IMG/VR virus record: IMGVR_UViG_2531839014_000003
Coordinates: 1-64,000 of that record
Reading direction: 5' to 3' (one strand)
DNA length: 64,000 nt
Source of the DNA: a virus
Taxonomy: Duplodnaviria > Caudoviricetes
In this document: positions 30,581 to 41,906 of the stretch, in pieces
Layout: each line of letters opens with the position of its first letter
How positions within the stretch are numbered: position 1 is the stretch's first letter
Program-made: the position numbers and the translations under genes
Notes under the pieces: model-generated
Told to the model about the DNA's origin: nothing
Databases searched by the model: none
What the model saw: the letters and a program-made list of their open reading frames with translations, nothing else

Positions 30581-30693
30581 TATAGACACACCATAGGCAG
30601 GCTGTATCTTGCCTAAACAAATATTCTATGCTTAGTTATTTTTATTTGTGGGAATTTGGTCTGAAATGACCATTGAATAAGAAATTAGTCAAA

Positions 30694-31035
30694 CTATTCT
30701 GGTATTGGCATCCATGCAATAGGTTTCATACCAGTTCTCGAACTTCCTCTAGCCGTTAGACAATGATATTCAATCTTCTTTTCTCCACTGGGGTGAATAT
30801 ATGTATATTTATGTCCTACATACTTTCGCCCGTTGAGCTTTGCTTTGAATAAAACGTCTACACCGTCATCTGGTAGACTATCTTTACACAAAATCCAACT
30901 TTCACTAGTACCATTAAGCAACTTCTTAAATCCTTCAATAGTATCTTCTCTATTTTCATAATTCACTAAACTTTTAAAATTTACATTGTGCGGATTATCG
31001 ATTTGATACTGTATAAAATCTTTTGCTAAGTCCAT
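30694..31035 (-). CDS. DUF551-like phage protein
   Basis: WILCKDSLP...DVL and IAWMPIPE. Confidence 0.65.
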   Translation of the reverse strand: MDLAKDFIQYQIDNPHNVNFKSLVNYENREDTIEGFKKLLNGTSESWILCKDSLPDDGVDVLFKAKLNGRKYVGHKYTYIHPSGEKKIEYHCLTARGSSRTGMKPIAWMPIPE

Positions 31036-31043
31036 ATGGCACC

Positions 31044-32018
31044 TTACTTTCCGGAATTCTCCCTATCAAGAATCTTCACACCGCCATTACATTTAACAGT
31101 ATCTGTGGCAAGTTCTCTCATCTGTGCATAAGCAGAATCCAGTTTTTCCTGTAGCGTAGCGATAGTATCCTTAGCTTCCGTTAAATCTGTCTCTAAGCGC
31201 TTAATCTTATCATTTAGCGCTTTCTGCTCATATTCATTCTTCTGCTCGATAGCCCGCTTTTCAAACCCCCAAGACTTACTAGCATCGGACTTTCCCTTCT
31301 CATAACCATCAGTTGTTGCAGATTCAATCAACGAAGGAATTTCAGCTACCTTCTGTTCAAGGTCACTAATATGGTTCTCCTGTGCAATAACAGATAATTC
31401 TCTTTCTTCAATAGAATTATTCCACGCTTCCAGCTCTTTGCGCTTCACAACCTCTTCATCTGCCCATTTATCTTCGGCAATCTTTCTTGCTCTATCACGA
31501 TTATATGTATATTCCTCTTCTTCACGCTGCCGCTCCTGTTTTAACTGTGCTTTTAAATCTGCGGCTTCTTTTCTAATTGTGTCCAGTGCTTCAGCCTTTT
31601 CTTTGTTGAGAGCATCAATCTCATCTTTAATAGCAGCCTTTGTGTCCTGAAGATTTTTCTCTGCTTCAACTTTAACCAGCTTATACTGTTCATCCAACTC
31701 ATGAGCCTTGTCTTTATGTGCGTTTACCAGGGCAACAAGTGTGTTTAACTCTGTTTCAATATCATATAATTCGCATAATTCTGCCTTTTTAATATCAACT
31801 GCCTCACAGATGTCATTGTACTGCTTAACAATTGAATCATTCAGAATACCCGCGCCTGCAATCTCCGCTGCCGAATCAAGAGTCAACTTCTGCTTTTTTA
31901 ATTTCTCCTGGGCAACCGGATCGTCCTTTGCTGCCATCAACTTATCAAGTTGCTTCTTCTGGGTCATATATGCCTCCATGATTTCTGCCTTTGTGCTCTT
32001 TGCGTTAATGTCTGTCAT
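31044..32018 (-). CDS. Coiled-coil protein
   Basis: 324 aa of heptad-rich E/K/A sequence. Confidence 0.65.
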   Translation of the reverse strand: MTDINAKSTKAEIMEAYMTQKKQLDKLMAAKDDPVAQEKLKKQKLTLDSAAEIAGAGILNDSIVKQYNDICEAVDIKKAELCELYDIETELNTLVALVNAHKDKAHELDEQYKLVKVEAEKNLQDTKAAIKDEIDALNKEKAEALDTIRKEAADLKAQLKQERQREEEEYTYNRDRARKIAEDKWADEEVVKRKELEAWNNSIEERELSVIAQENHISDLEQKVAEIPSLIESATTDGYEKGKSDASKSWGFEKRAIEQKNEYEQKALNDKIKRLETDLTEAKDTIATLQEKLDSAYAQMRELATDTVKCNGGVKILDRENSGK

Positions 32019-32228
32019 ATAATTATCTCCTTTTTTTAATTTATATTTTGTACAGCTATTGCTGTATTTTTTATTTTGATAGAATTAGACTGCTCCCAAT
32101 TCTTTTGTTCTCTTGCGTTCATTCTTTACCTTTTTCTCTATCTTCTCCTCTGCTAACTTATTCTCCATTTTTCTCATTACGCTTGCGAAATTGCCAATCG
32201 GCTTACAAGTTAATCCCAAATTTTTACC

Positions 32229-32588
32229 TCACTCTTTCCTCAAATATTTCCCCGATTTACTAACACTCTCCATCCGACCATTATGTAAATCATCATAAAA
32301 CGCCTGATTAGGATTTAGAATTGTATATGCCAGTCTTTCTCCAAAAAACACTCCACACCTGCCAGTACAGTTATCAACTATGACCGTTGTATAGGCAGAC
32401 GTCATAGCCTGACCACCAATGCCGCCGAAGCCTAATGATGTATCTCCCCATACTTGAGGAAACGTATAGAATTCAAACTCTGGCCAACAACAATTACCTC
32501 TCCCATATTCTTCTTTATTTTTTACCTTATTCCAAAATCTCTCTTGGATAAGTGGTAAACATGGTAGTTCTGTTCTTATTTTGCTCAC
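32229..32588 (-). CDS. Hypothetical phage protein
   Basis: FPQVWGDTSLGFGGIGGQAMTSAYT conserved-looking block. Confidence 0.6.
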   Translation of the reverse strand: MSKIRTELPCLPLIQERFWNKVKNKEEYGRGNCCWPEFEFYTFPQVWGDTSLGFGGIGGQAMTSAYTTVIVDNCTGRCGVFFGERLAYTILNPNQAFYDDLHNGRMESVSKSGKYLRKE

Positions 32589-32800
32589 CCTCTCTCAATT
32601 AATATTCCCAACATCCATATACAAAGTGCCCTAAATACTTATCACACTTTGCGCAGTGTAAATCATACTCCACTTCTCCAATCTCATCGTAATAAGGATT
32701 TTTATGTATTGTACTTTCGGAGCCACAGTCACACGTTAGCGGTAAATCTTCCATGGTTTTCACCTCACATAATCACATAAAATAGGAATTTCATTTTGAA

Positions 32801-33133
32801 TTATAAAGACTGTGCTTTCTTAATAGACTTGCTATTATTAGATGAGATTTGCTTAAGATTCTTTAGAAGCTGAATATTGTCATTAATCATAAGTGCTAAC
32901 GCCTGGTCACCAGTAAATCCAACCTCCACATATGCATCATAGAGATTCTTCTTGGTCTTTGCAATTATGGCAGGATGCTCTGTATTATTTGAGTAGTCCT
33001 TATAAATCTCCACAACTTCCTGGGCCAGTTCATAAACCATAGGTTTATACTTTTCAATATACTCCCTTACAACAGGCATAATTAACTCCGGGTTGCTTGC
33101 TAATAATTCTAAAATCTTCTCCATACTATTCAT
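32801..33133 (-). CDS. Hypothetical protein
   Basis: SD-supported ORF between junction sites. Confidence 0.55.
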   Translation of the reverse strand: MNSMEKILELLASNPELIMPVVREYIEKYKPMVYELAQEVVEIYKDYSNNTEHPAIIAKTKKNLYDAYVEVGFTGDQALALMINDNIQLLKNLKQISSNNSKSIKKAQSL

Positions 33134-33181
33134 TCTCCTTTTATATATATTTTTTTTATTTATCGCTTTGAAATAAGATTT

Positions 33182-33913
33182 TCATTTCCAATTCAATTTA
33201 CAGTTTTCAATAATTTCTTTTTCCTCAAACGGTAAAGACTCCTTCAAAACATCCATTAATTTTCTTTGAATTTTTAATAGTCTTACACCATTATTATATT
33301 CGAATTCAAACAAACACAATTTAAACCTTTTGTCCCTTACATACTTCACTATATTTTTTCGGAGATATATACGTTCCTTATTTTCTCTTCTTGCAAAATC
33401 TCCATACTTATTAACCATGAACGGATATCGTTCACCGTCAATAACAACTGGATACCATTTATACTGAAGTTTGGACCACTCTTCTATTTCATAATACTCA
33501 TATTCTTTTTCTCTTGAGTAGTAATCATCTAACATTTTCTGGAAAGTTGCTTTATTGATATTGTACCCACTATATACATAACATCGTTGTAGACTCTCAA
33601 GAGTTCCACCACCTATATCAATAAATTCTCCATGTTTCTTATAGTATCCCCAATCATACCAATAATTTTTAATTTTTTGAGTAGTTCCATCTTTCATATG
33701 TAAAGTTAATTCTCTGCCAGCAAATGCCTTTCCCCAAGAATCATATCCTAAATAATCGCTAAAAATTATATTACCATCCTGATCCGTTGCGGAGCCTACA
33801 TAATTGCATCCAATTTTTTCATATGTAATCTCTGGAATCTCGTCAAACATACAGTAATAATGCGGTTCACTCCAGTTTCTATTAACATACATTTTAACTA
33901 TTTTTATATTCAA
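33182..33913 (-). CDS. Hypothetical protein
   Basis: 243 aa; stop codon lies inside a junction site. Confidence 0.6.
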   Translation of the reverse strand: MNIKIVKMYVNRNWSEPHYYCMFDEIPEITYEKIGCNYVGSATDQDGNIIFSDYLGYDSWGKAFAGRELTLHMKDGTTQKIKNYWYDWGYYKKHGEFIDIGGGTLESLQRCYVYSGYNINKATFQKMLDDYYSREKEYEYYEIEEWSKLQYKWYPVVIDGERYPFMVNKYGDFARRENKERIYLRKNIVKYVRDKRFKLCLFEFEYNNGVRLLKIQRKLMDVLKESLPFEEKEIIENCKLNWK

Positions 33914-34150
33914 TCACCTCCTCGATCGAAACTTGGTTTTCATGGTCTATAAAACAACCACGTCTCCCCATTTTGTATGTTTAATTTCAATGTCAGATTC
34001 ACATAAATCTTCTGTTCCTTCGTAGCATCCTCCACTGTCTCTATATTGAATCTCTACATCAAAATCTTTAGCGTTATTTTTTATTGCCCACTCATATAAT
34101 TCCTGAATTGTCACATTTATCACCTCCAATGAAACGTGGGTTTATTCCTA

Positions 34151-34483
34151 TTACGTAATATCATCATCATTGTGACATTCCATATAAGTTATTAATTTTC
34201 CTTGAGATTTTGCATACTCAATTTCTGATCTAGTAGAAGTTCCAATATATCCATCACTATTAATCACATAAATCCCATCCGCCATATCAATTTTTCTCTT
34301 GTGCATATCATCTAACATTTCCTTAGTTCCTTCTGACCATACCTCATCATCGCCAGAATGACCAAATAAACCTACAGAAATCACAATGTCCCCCTGAAGC
34401 GTTAATATCTTTTGCATTCGTATAAAATCATCTTTAAATCTCGTGCTACCGCATAGCGTAATAACTCTGTATTTCCCTACCAT
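34151..34483 (-). CDS. Hypothetical protein, deoxyribosyltransferase-like fold
   Basis: ITLCGSTRF, HKRKIDMAD, GYIG.ST..EIEYA. Confidence 0.6.
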   Translation of the reverse strand: MVGKYRVITLCGSTRFKDDFIRMQKILTLQGDIVISVGLFGHSGDDEVWSEGTKEMLDDMHKRKIDMADGIYVINSDGYIGTSTRSEIEYAKSQGKLITYMECHNDDDIT

Positions 34484-34687
34484 ACATTCTCCTCTCTGCA
34501 ATCCCAAGGAAAGCAAACTTTATATGGAATCTTTGACGGTTTTACATCCACCTTACCATGCGGATGAGTTTTGTCCTACCCAGGTTACTTTGAGACGCGT
34601 CACTTCACAAAGACAATCAGATGGAGTCGAGCCACCACCCCGTCGCACCATGCCCTCAACTACCGAGACGGAATTGAACCGTCCTTA

Positions 34688-34761
34688 TGGATTCTCTGGG
34701 ACTCGGACACAGAATCTTTCGGTTATGATCCGAATGCTGTAACCAACTCAGCTAAGAATCC
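34688..34761 (-). tRNA. tRNA with CAT anticodon (Met or Ile2), degenerate
   Basis: Full cloverleaf, but T-loop TCCGAGT, a T-stem mismatch and A at position 32; no encoded CCA. Confidence 0.7.
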
Positions 34762-34765
34762 TAAA

Positions 34766-34837
34766 CTGGGCATGTTGGATTTGAACCAACGAATGCAGGA
34801 GTCAAAGTCCTGTGCCTTACCATTTCACCAATGCCCA
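34766..34837 (-). tRNA. tRNA-Gln(TTG)
   Basis: TGGGCAT/ATGCCCA acceptor, CAGGA-CTTTGAC-TCCTG, GTTGG-TTCAAAT-CCAAC; weak D stem; no encoded CCA. Confidence 0.85.
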
Positions 34838-35536
34838 TTATCATGTAAGGTCATTACCGGCTTACCCTTACATATTTTATTTATACTCGGAAAACCTGCT
34901 TCAACCGAGTTGTTGGCTCATAGAACTTCATGTGTGAACAGTATTCCCTGGCATTCTGTTTCAGCTCAGCACAGTCAGAGTTTAATTTCTATGATTTAAT
35001 TGCCACCAATCAGTCTGACAAACCAATATTATGTCACATTAAATAGATGCTTAATTTTTAAATCTTCAAGTTCTCTCAAAACAATTCTATCGCCCACTGG
35101 CCAGAACCCTATACCATTTATTTCTCTAGTTTCGATGTTACAAAATATATCTAATGCTCCAACACTTATTTTGTAATCATAATTCATTTTAACAAAACCA
35201 AAGTTAGCAAGCTGTTCTATTTTTACCTCATCTTTTAATTTAACCATCCTTACCTTTCTTCGCAGGAAATCGAAGTTTCAACTTAAATTGAAATATACTC
35301 TACTTCATCATATCCTTCCTTTGCCAGCTCAATCCCATATCTTACCGCTCTAAGATAATCGTCTGCATCAAATAAATCTCTATTAATGGTTGCATCTTCT
35401 GGATATTCAGTTAAGTCGTATACACTAAAAAGCTCATCATCTGTTTCTGGATCGTAAACTGACTGTTCACGCATTCCCCAATCACTTTGTTTGTCTGCAA
35501 TTTCTAAAATTTTCTTCTTCATTCACATATTCTCCT

Positions 35537-36307
35537 TTACTCTAACCACTTATTATCAATATAGTAGAATCCAAACACACAACCGCCCGTCAATACAATC
35601 CATAATATCCAAAATATAATTACTACACCGCCAGATTCAAGGTTCTCAACTGTTTCTTCTATATTTTTGCCATTATAAAATTCTGTGTTATTGATTGTTT
35701 TATCTTTTAAACTTGTGAAAATCGTTCCGGTATATTCTGTGTCGCTACCATAATAAACATATCTTATATGAGACGATTCTTTTTGAGTATCAATATGGTG
35801 CTCACTCGGCTTATAAATCTGTCCATAGTCAAACTCAATACCTAAGAAAGTCACTTTATTACAATGCTCTGACCATCTATCAACAACATCCCATGTCCAA
35901 TATACTTCTGTTTCTGTATATGTCTGAGATTTACCATTTACAGTTCTTGTTTTCGTAACGGTTCTTGTATGTCTGGTATACCTTTCTTTTACTTTTTCTA
36001 CAGACATATATTCTCCGCCAATTTCGGGATATGCAACAGTATCGACTGCTTTTAAATCGCCATATACAAAGGCGTTACCTACGTTAGTGTCCATACCATA
36101 TTGAAATAATTCTTGATTATCTATCTTGACAGCCTTATTGTATATCTCATTCTTATCCATCTGGTGTTCTGAAATCTTTGCGGAAATCAAAACACCGATA
36201 AGCAGCATAACAGCTATAATAGAGATACTTGCTAGAATTTCACGTTTAGTAATTTCAAAATCACCAAAATCAAATCCTTTTCTATTTCTTTTACAATAAC
36301 CACTCAT
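35537..36307 (-). CDS. Two-TM membrane protein paired with LemA
   Basis: N- and C-terminal hydrophobic helices; directly downstream of the LemA gene. Confidence 0.65.
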   Translation of the reverse strand: MSGYCKRNRKGFDFGDFEITKREILASISIIAVMLLIGVLISAKISEHQMDKNEIYNKAVKIDNQELFQYGMDTNVGNAFVYGDLKAVDTVAYPEIGGEYMSVEKVKERYTRHTRTVTKTRTVNGKSQTYTETEVYWTWDVVDRWSEHCNKVTFLGIEFDYGQIYKPSEHHIDTQKESSHIRYVYYGSDTEYTGTIFTSLKDKTINNTEFYNGKNIEETVENLESGGVVIIFWILWIVLTGGCVFGFYYIDNKWLE

Positions 36308-36312
36308 ATACT

Positions 36313-36864
36313 CTATTCTCCAAAGAGATTCTGAGGAGCGTCCACAGGAGCATTATAGTCAAGGTATGTATATTCCTGCATTTCATACCCAAGCATGTCT
36401 AAAAACATTCTTGTTGGAAACTTACGGACATATCTGTTGTATTCCTTTATCTGCTTATTGTAATTGCTACGATATTCAGCAATAAGATTCTCCGTCATTG
36501 ATAATTCGGTCATAAGCTGCTTATAATTTTCATTCGACTTTAACTCCGGATATGCCTCACTTACCGCCGCAATGGCAGTTGTAACATTTTCAATATCTCC
36601 AGTAGAACCACGTCCATCTACGATAGCTTTCAGTGTATCCGCTTCATGTTTGTCATACTGTTTTACGCAATCAGCCAGATTATATACAAGATCTACTCGA
36701 CGCTTTTCTTGTACTTTGATATCTGAAGAGGCCGTGTTCACCTGCTCCTCAAAAGCGATTGCCTTATTCTGTGAACTCTGTATTCCAAAGACACAGAGTA
36801 AAATTACAGCAATTACACCCGCTCCAATAATTAATAGTAACTTCCAATTTGTTTTCTTGTTCAT
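36313..36864 (-). CDS. lemA: LemA family protein
   Basis: N-terminal TM, Q.KRR.DLV.NL, EAYPELKS, YN...R.FP. Confidence 0.85.
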   Translation of the reverse strand: MNKKTNWKLLLIIGAGVIAVILLCVFGIQSSQNKAIAFEEQVNTASSDIKVQEKRRVDLVYNLADCVKQYDKHEADTLKAIVDGRGSTGDIENVTTAIAAVSEAYPELKSNENYKQLMTELSMTENLIAEYRSNYNKQIKEYNRYVRKFPTRMFLDMLGYEMQEYTYLDYNAPVDAPQNLFGE

Positions 36865-36880
36865 ACTTTTAATCTCCTTT

Positions 36881-37261
36881 TTATAACACAATCATGTATA
36901 ACCACGTCCATAAAATCTGTAGCATATGAATACTCTGATCTTGTATTAAATTTATTCTCTTTTTATTTGCCTTCAAATCATCCACAAACATATGAATCAT
37001 AACGTTTCCAGCAAATAGCAATGGATACCATGTCCCACCAAACAACACCACACGTACTGTCGGCACCAGCATAACCATGAACGTCCAACTGAAACTGTGC
37101 ATAAACAGTGCTGCTATATAATCATATTTAAATAATTTCTCTGGTGCATTTTGTTCCCACCATGATTTCTGTTTTGCTGATGCTAACCAACCTTGTAAAT
37201 AGTAATCATCTACTATATGACAGAAAATCATTGATATGAGAATTATAAACTTTATTGCCAT
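36881..37261 (-). CDS. DUF3307-family membrane protein
   Basis: H..DDYYLQ..LA..K, H..VD..K, DQSIH. Confidence 0.8.
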   Translation of the reverse strand: MAIKFIILISMIFCHIVDDYYLQGWLASAKQKSWWEQNAPEKLFKYDYIAALFMHSFSWTFMVMLVPTVRVVLFGGTWYPLLFAGNVMIHMFVDDLKANKKRINLIQDQSIHMLQILWTWLYMIVL

Positions 37262-37863
37262 CTATGTATTCTCCTTAAGCATGAAAGGTTTATAATATTT
37301 TCGTATCTCCTCAAAAACCATATAGTATAACTGATTACATAACGCATAAAATTTTATACAATGACAATTCAAATCATCTCCAAGCAAATTTTCTACTACA
37401 TGCCTCAACACAAACGAAATGATTGAATACCTGTTTAGTGGAATATTGTGATTAACATGTGCTTGAATTAAATATATTAGTTCATCTTCTGTTTCTTCTA
37501 GTTCATGCTTATACACATGTTTAATTAATTCTCCATTCTCGTCTCTGGAGTCTCCAATAAGCATTTCAAACATAAAATTTTGAAAATCATATGAACGAAA
37601 ATGTTCTCTAATCTTATTTTCTGTTATTTTATCTAACAGCAACTAATTCTCTCCTTTCCAGATGAAACCGATTTTTCTTCTGCCTATTAAAATTTAATCC
37701 ATCCGTCAGTAATACCAGTCATCCAATAAATATGCTCGTATCTATCGTTTGAAAGACAACCTCTGCTTATTTTATCCATTATTATTTTTCCCAATAATGA
37801 ATGGCAACGTGGTCAGACTTTAGTCTCATTGTTTTATTTATATCTTCTGTAGTAATTGCAAGT

Positions 37864-38271
37864 TTAATGAATTTTCGTCTTTTCATGCTTAATCGCTTCT
37901 TCCTCAGTCAAGAATACTGTTTTACCAATACTGCTTTTTACAAAATTTCCAATGTAAAAGCCGTCTCCGCGTACAGTAAATGTATATTTCTTTTTGATTG
38001 TTTTCCTATGCACATAACACTTTTTGATTACCTTTGAGAATTTCTGTGTATCAAAGTCATATTCTCCATCTGTAATCACCCACACAGTTTGTCCTATTTC
38101 AACATCCGGAACTACTGTCGCAACAAATTTTTCTACCTCTTTTCTCAAGCTTTCTTCAAAAGCGTCTCTATAGTAATCGTCACCAATATACACTTCGGTC
38201 TTATATAAGAGAAAATCAAGCATCTCATCTACATCCACCATCCTCTTTTTTACTAATCTTTCTTTCACCAT
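37864..38271 (-). CDS. Hypothetical phage protein
   Basis: IGKTVFLTEEEA C-terminal phage motif. Confidence 0.6.
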   Translation of the reverse strand: MVKERLVKKRMVDVDEMLDFLLYKTEVYIGDDYYRDAFEESLRKEVEKFVATVVPDVEIGQTVWVITDGEYDFDTQKFSKVIKKCYVHRKTIKKKYTFTVRGDGFYIGNFVKSSIGKTVFLTEEEAIKHEKTKIH

Positions 38272-38417
38272 ATCACCTCATCTCTGCCAGTATCCATAAG
38301 CCCAATGTCCAAGGATCTAATAAGGGTTGTATCTTTTCTTAAACCTGTAAATTCTGTATCAAAAAATATCTTAATATTGTTCACTCTTCCTTTCACACGT
38401 AAACTAGATTTAATCCA

Positions 38418-39233
38418 TTATCCCTCTCCCACATAAACCAGCCTGTCAATATATTCTCTACCTTCATCTTTAAAAATCGGAATATTCATATCAATAATCC
38501 ACTCATTCTCAGATTTAGACGAATCACGTAACTGACATAATTCCGTAGAACCATTTGACTTAACTACAATTTTATTTTTTACAACACAATTCCCACGTTT
38601 CTGATATGTAGGTAGAGCGTTCCAGTTGATGCCTTTCTGTACCATAAGCATATCCTGAATCTCATTACATGATTTATTCTGTAATTCTTTATGAGAGAAA
38701 TTAGCCTGACCGACCATTTGAATTGAATTGCGACTAGCATCTAATTGCCGCCAATACAGGCAATTCGTAACTTCTTCTTTGGGAACGTTAAAGCAGCGCG
38801 CATCGAACATCGCCTTATCAAACTTTTTCATATATACTTCTGCATCTGAATCATATTCATATACGTTCTCTTTAAATATTTTATTAAAAGCCATCGTCGC
38901 TATACTCGCTGCTATGCTACACATTTTCTGCACTTCATAATCAAACCATGCTGAAGAAGTAAGTTTTTTATAATCCACAAGCACTAAAGTAATTTCATCA
39001 GACTGAGTATAGCCGAGTACACACCCCTGAATATTTTCACATAGATACTTTGTTGTATCCTGCATTGTTCTAATTAGAATCTCATCAAAAGGTCTTTTAA
39101 AACCTCTTGTAAAGGTATGAAAGCTGCGCCCATCTAACCTCACCAGTACAGGGCAACGTCTCATAAGTTTTGTTTTGGGAATCTGTTCGTAAAATGTTTT
39201 CATACGAACGCCTAAATCGTCTTTTACTGACAT
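38418..39233 (-). CDS. tRNA(His) guanylyltransferase Thg1-like protein
   Basis: RLDGRSFH.FT, YTQSDEI, FDAR, WRQ.DA.RN. Confidence 0.92.
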   Translation of the reverse strand: MSVKDDLGVRMKTFYEQIPKTKLMRRCPVLVRLDGRSFHTFTRGFKRPFDEILIRTMQDTTKYLCENIQGCVLGYTQSDEITLVLVDYKKLTSSAWFDYEVQKMCSIAASIATMAFNKIFKENVYEYDSDAEVYMKKFDKAMFDARCFNVPKEEVTNCLYWRQLDASRNSIQMVGQANFSHKELQNKSCNEIQDMLMVQKGINWNALPTYQKRGNCVVKNKIVVKSNGSTELCQLRDSSKSENEWIIDMNIPIFKDEGREYIDRLVYVGEG

Positions 39234-40428
39234 ATGTATATATCCTTTCCTATTTTAATTTTATCTCCGAAATTTAGTCCATATAGCCCATGACTCCATT
39301 CAACCCACGGCCTTTTACAATCTGCTTTGCAACTGACACTGGAATGTAATTTTCAAAACCCTCTCCCTCGCAGCGGAGCAATCCTTTGTATTTTCCGTAA
39401 TCCTCAAGTTGCTCCAAAACCATGTCAATATTATATGCACTTGAAGCAATCTGACGCTCAGCCAACCTTATCTGGTCTTTATTCAGCCAGGTAATCCACT
39501 TACCGCAATCACCGCAATACAATCCTGTGTTACTATCAGATTTCTCAATAAAAATGTCCTTACTATGACATTTACTACATTCAAATTCTTTCATCTATTT
39601 ATCATGCCTCCCTTGAAATTCCAAAGCTATCCCTATATACTTTTCCATTTTTATATCAATATTAGATGGATACTGTTTAATATCTCCAACTAATTCTGTT
39701 GAAAAAGATATTTTAGTTATTATGTTATTATTGTCCACTTCAATATTTCCAGTAGTTCTTCCAGGAACACGAATTGCTAAGGTTTTATCCCATAAATCTC
39801 TTGCATCGTAAATGTAATGCTTATATCTGGGATTACTAACCGTATAACCACACACATCATCAAGTTTTCTTGTAAGATCGCAATAATATTCTTTATTATT
39901 CTTATTATATTTTTTCTCTAACTTCATTTTAAATACTCCGAAAGTCGCATTTTATCTGTTACCATATTCCATATTGAATTTTCATCCATAACCCATTGTC
40001 TACAGTAATTTCATAGGGCTTATAGTCATTCTCTTTAAATTCAAATTGATAACCATATTTTAGGATCTCAATACAATTCGCAATTTGTCTGTGTTTTTCT
40101 TCCTCAGTGTATGTATTACTACTAAAAGTTAACCACTCATACTTATCAATCTCTTTCTGTATATCCGTTTTATTTCCACAGAATTTTCCCTTTTCTCCTA
40201 ATACTGTTGAGAATTCTAATGTAAATATATTAGATGATGAAAAATCATGTTCACCCTCTTCTACAGTTGCCCAATAGCCACAAGAGAAACATTGAATTTT
40301 AATTATTGTTTTATTTGTTGAGATATTATGCCCTTCAAAGCGTTTCATATAATCTCTTCTGCAATTAGGACACCTTATTTTGCTCAATCTACCTCACCCT
40401 CCTATTCCCTTGAAATTCACGTTTCCTA

Positions 40429-40908
40429 TTAAAACCTTGTAATTAAATCCTCTATCATACCAGAATAAGCAAATGGACTATCAATAACTCTCTTTGAGTA
40501 TTCAAACCTCTTTAGAAACTGCGCCACTTCTCTTATATCTGAATGATTTAATGGCACGAATTTTATAAAATCCATTTTTCCATGAATACATACAACTGCC
40601 CAACTATGATATTTATCCCTGGCAACATCAACACCAACATCGCATATATCATTCATTAGTTTTCTGCAATCGTCAGCAAGTTTTACTGTATTCTCTGCTA
40701 CACTTTCTGCCTTTAAATAATTACCATATGCTTTATGTAATAAGTCTTCTGCTCTTGCTACAGAATCTTTTAACTCATTATATTTACTTTCAATATCTTG
40801 AATCTTCAGTAATTCATCAGCAAGCAGCCATTTTTTCAACTTGTCCTTTATCTTAATAATTTCACTTCCCTTCACACGAAAGATTTGTTTCCTCATTTCC
40901 ATAATCAA
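40429..40908 (-). CDS. Hypothetical protein
   Basis: 159-aa ORF. Confidence 0.5.
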   Translation of the reverse strand: MIMEMRKQIFRVKGSEIIKIKDKLKKWLLADELLKIQDIESKYNELKDSVARAEDLLHKAYGNYLKAESVAENTVKLADDCRKLMNDICDVGVDVARDKYHSWAVVCIHGKMDFIKFVPLNHSDIREVAQFLKRFEYSKRVIDSPFAYSGMIEDLITRF

Positions 40909-41906
40909 AAATACTTTACACTAATATATCTGAGTACTCTAGCCATTCCTAATCCACCATACCTCACAGGTTTCATACAATAGAGCCAAAGTCTTGGGTG
41001 AGTCTTAAGTAGTCGCTGAAATCGGTTAACACCTTTCTCTAAATTACAACCATAGGCGCAAAATACACATCCCGTTCTAGTGTATCCTGTGCAATAATAC
41101 TTACCATCCTCATCAATACATATTTCTCCATACACTGATGGATATGGTACATCAAAACGATATAGATATTCCAGGACATCATTTTCGGTCCAAAAGCTAA
41201 TCGGCTGGCTGCTAGATTCCCCTTTATCAAAAGCATTGCAACCATTGTGTAACCACTCCGTTTTACGTTGTTTGCTCTCACAGGCCATGGTGCCAATTAT
41301 AGGTATTCTCCTACTACTCTTGTTAAATCTTTTGGCCGGATTCTTCTTCATAATCTGACAGCACTTATTGGAAATATTAAATGGAGCATTGATAAGATAC
41401 TTCCATTTCTGCATATTATAAACGCCTGTTTCACTGCCATTGAAACATCCGTAAGCCCAACAATCTTTACCAAGCTTCTTGACATCGTGAACCTGGCGGC
41501 TGACAGTTTTAGAGATAAGCGGATATCCTTCAGTCAACACCACATCTCTAAATGATATACGCTTACCAGATTTATCTCTCGGATAATCTACCATCACTTC
41601 AACTTCAATACCATATCTGTTTCTTAAATAAGTTGGAAACTCTTTGACATGTTTTTTGACTTCTGGAAATTCAAGACCTGTATCCGAGAACCATAGAACC
41701 AATTTACAGTTTAGTACTTTACATACCCTGGCTGTCAAATCAGCCAATACGCTACTATCCTTGCCTCCACTAAAGGAGACGTAACACATATTCTTATATA
41801 TTTTATATGCTTCTAATATCCTGGTCTGGCTTACCTGAATTTTTCTTTCCAGACTCCAGGACTGCATAATCTTTAAATCTGTTGCTGTATATTTGCTTTC
41901 TACCAA
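40905..41906 (-). CDS. PAPS reductase-family protein
   Basis: SFSGGKDS PP-loop, DTGLEFPE, CC..MKK.P, RTGCVFC; probable TTG start at 41906. Confidence 0.85.
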   Translation of the reverse strand: MVESKYTATDLKIMQSWSLERKIQVSQTRILEAYKIYKNMCYVSFSGGKDSSVLADLTARVCKVLNCKLVLWFSDTGLEFPEVKKHVKEFPTYLRNRYGIEVEVMVDYPRDKSGKRISFRDVVLTEGYPLISKTVSRQVHDVKKLGKDCWAYGCFNGSETGVYNMQKWKYLINAPFNISNKCCQIMKKNPAKRFNKSSRRIPIIGTMACESKQRKTEWLHNGCNAFDKGESSSQPISFWTENDVLEYLYRFDVPYPSVYGEICIDEDGKYYCTGYTRTGCVFCAYGCNLEKGVNRFQRLLKTHPRLWLYCMKPVRYGGLGMARVLRYISVKYF

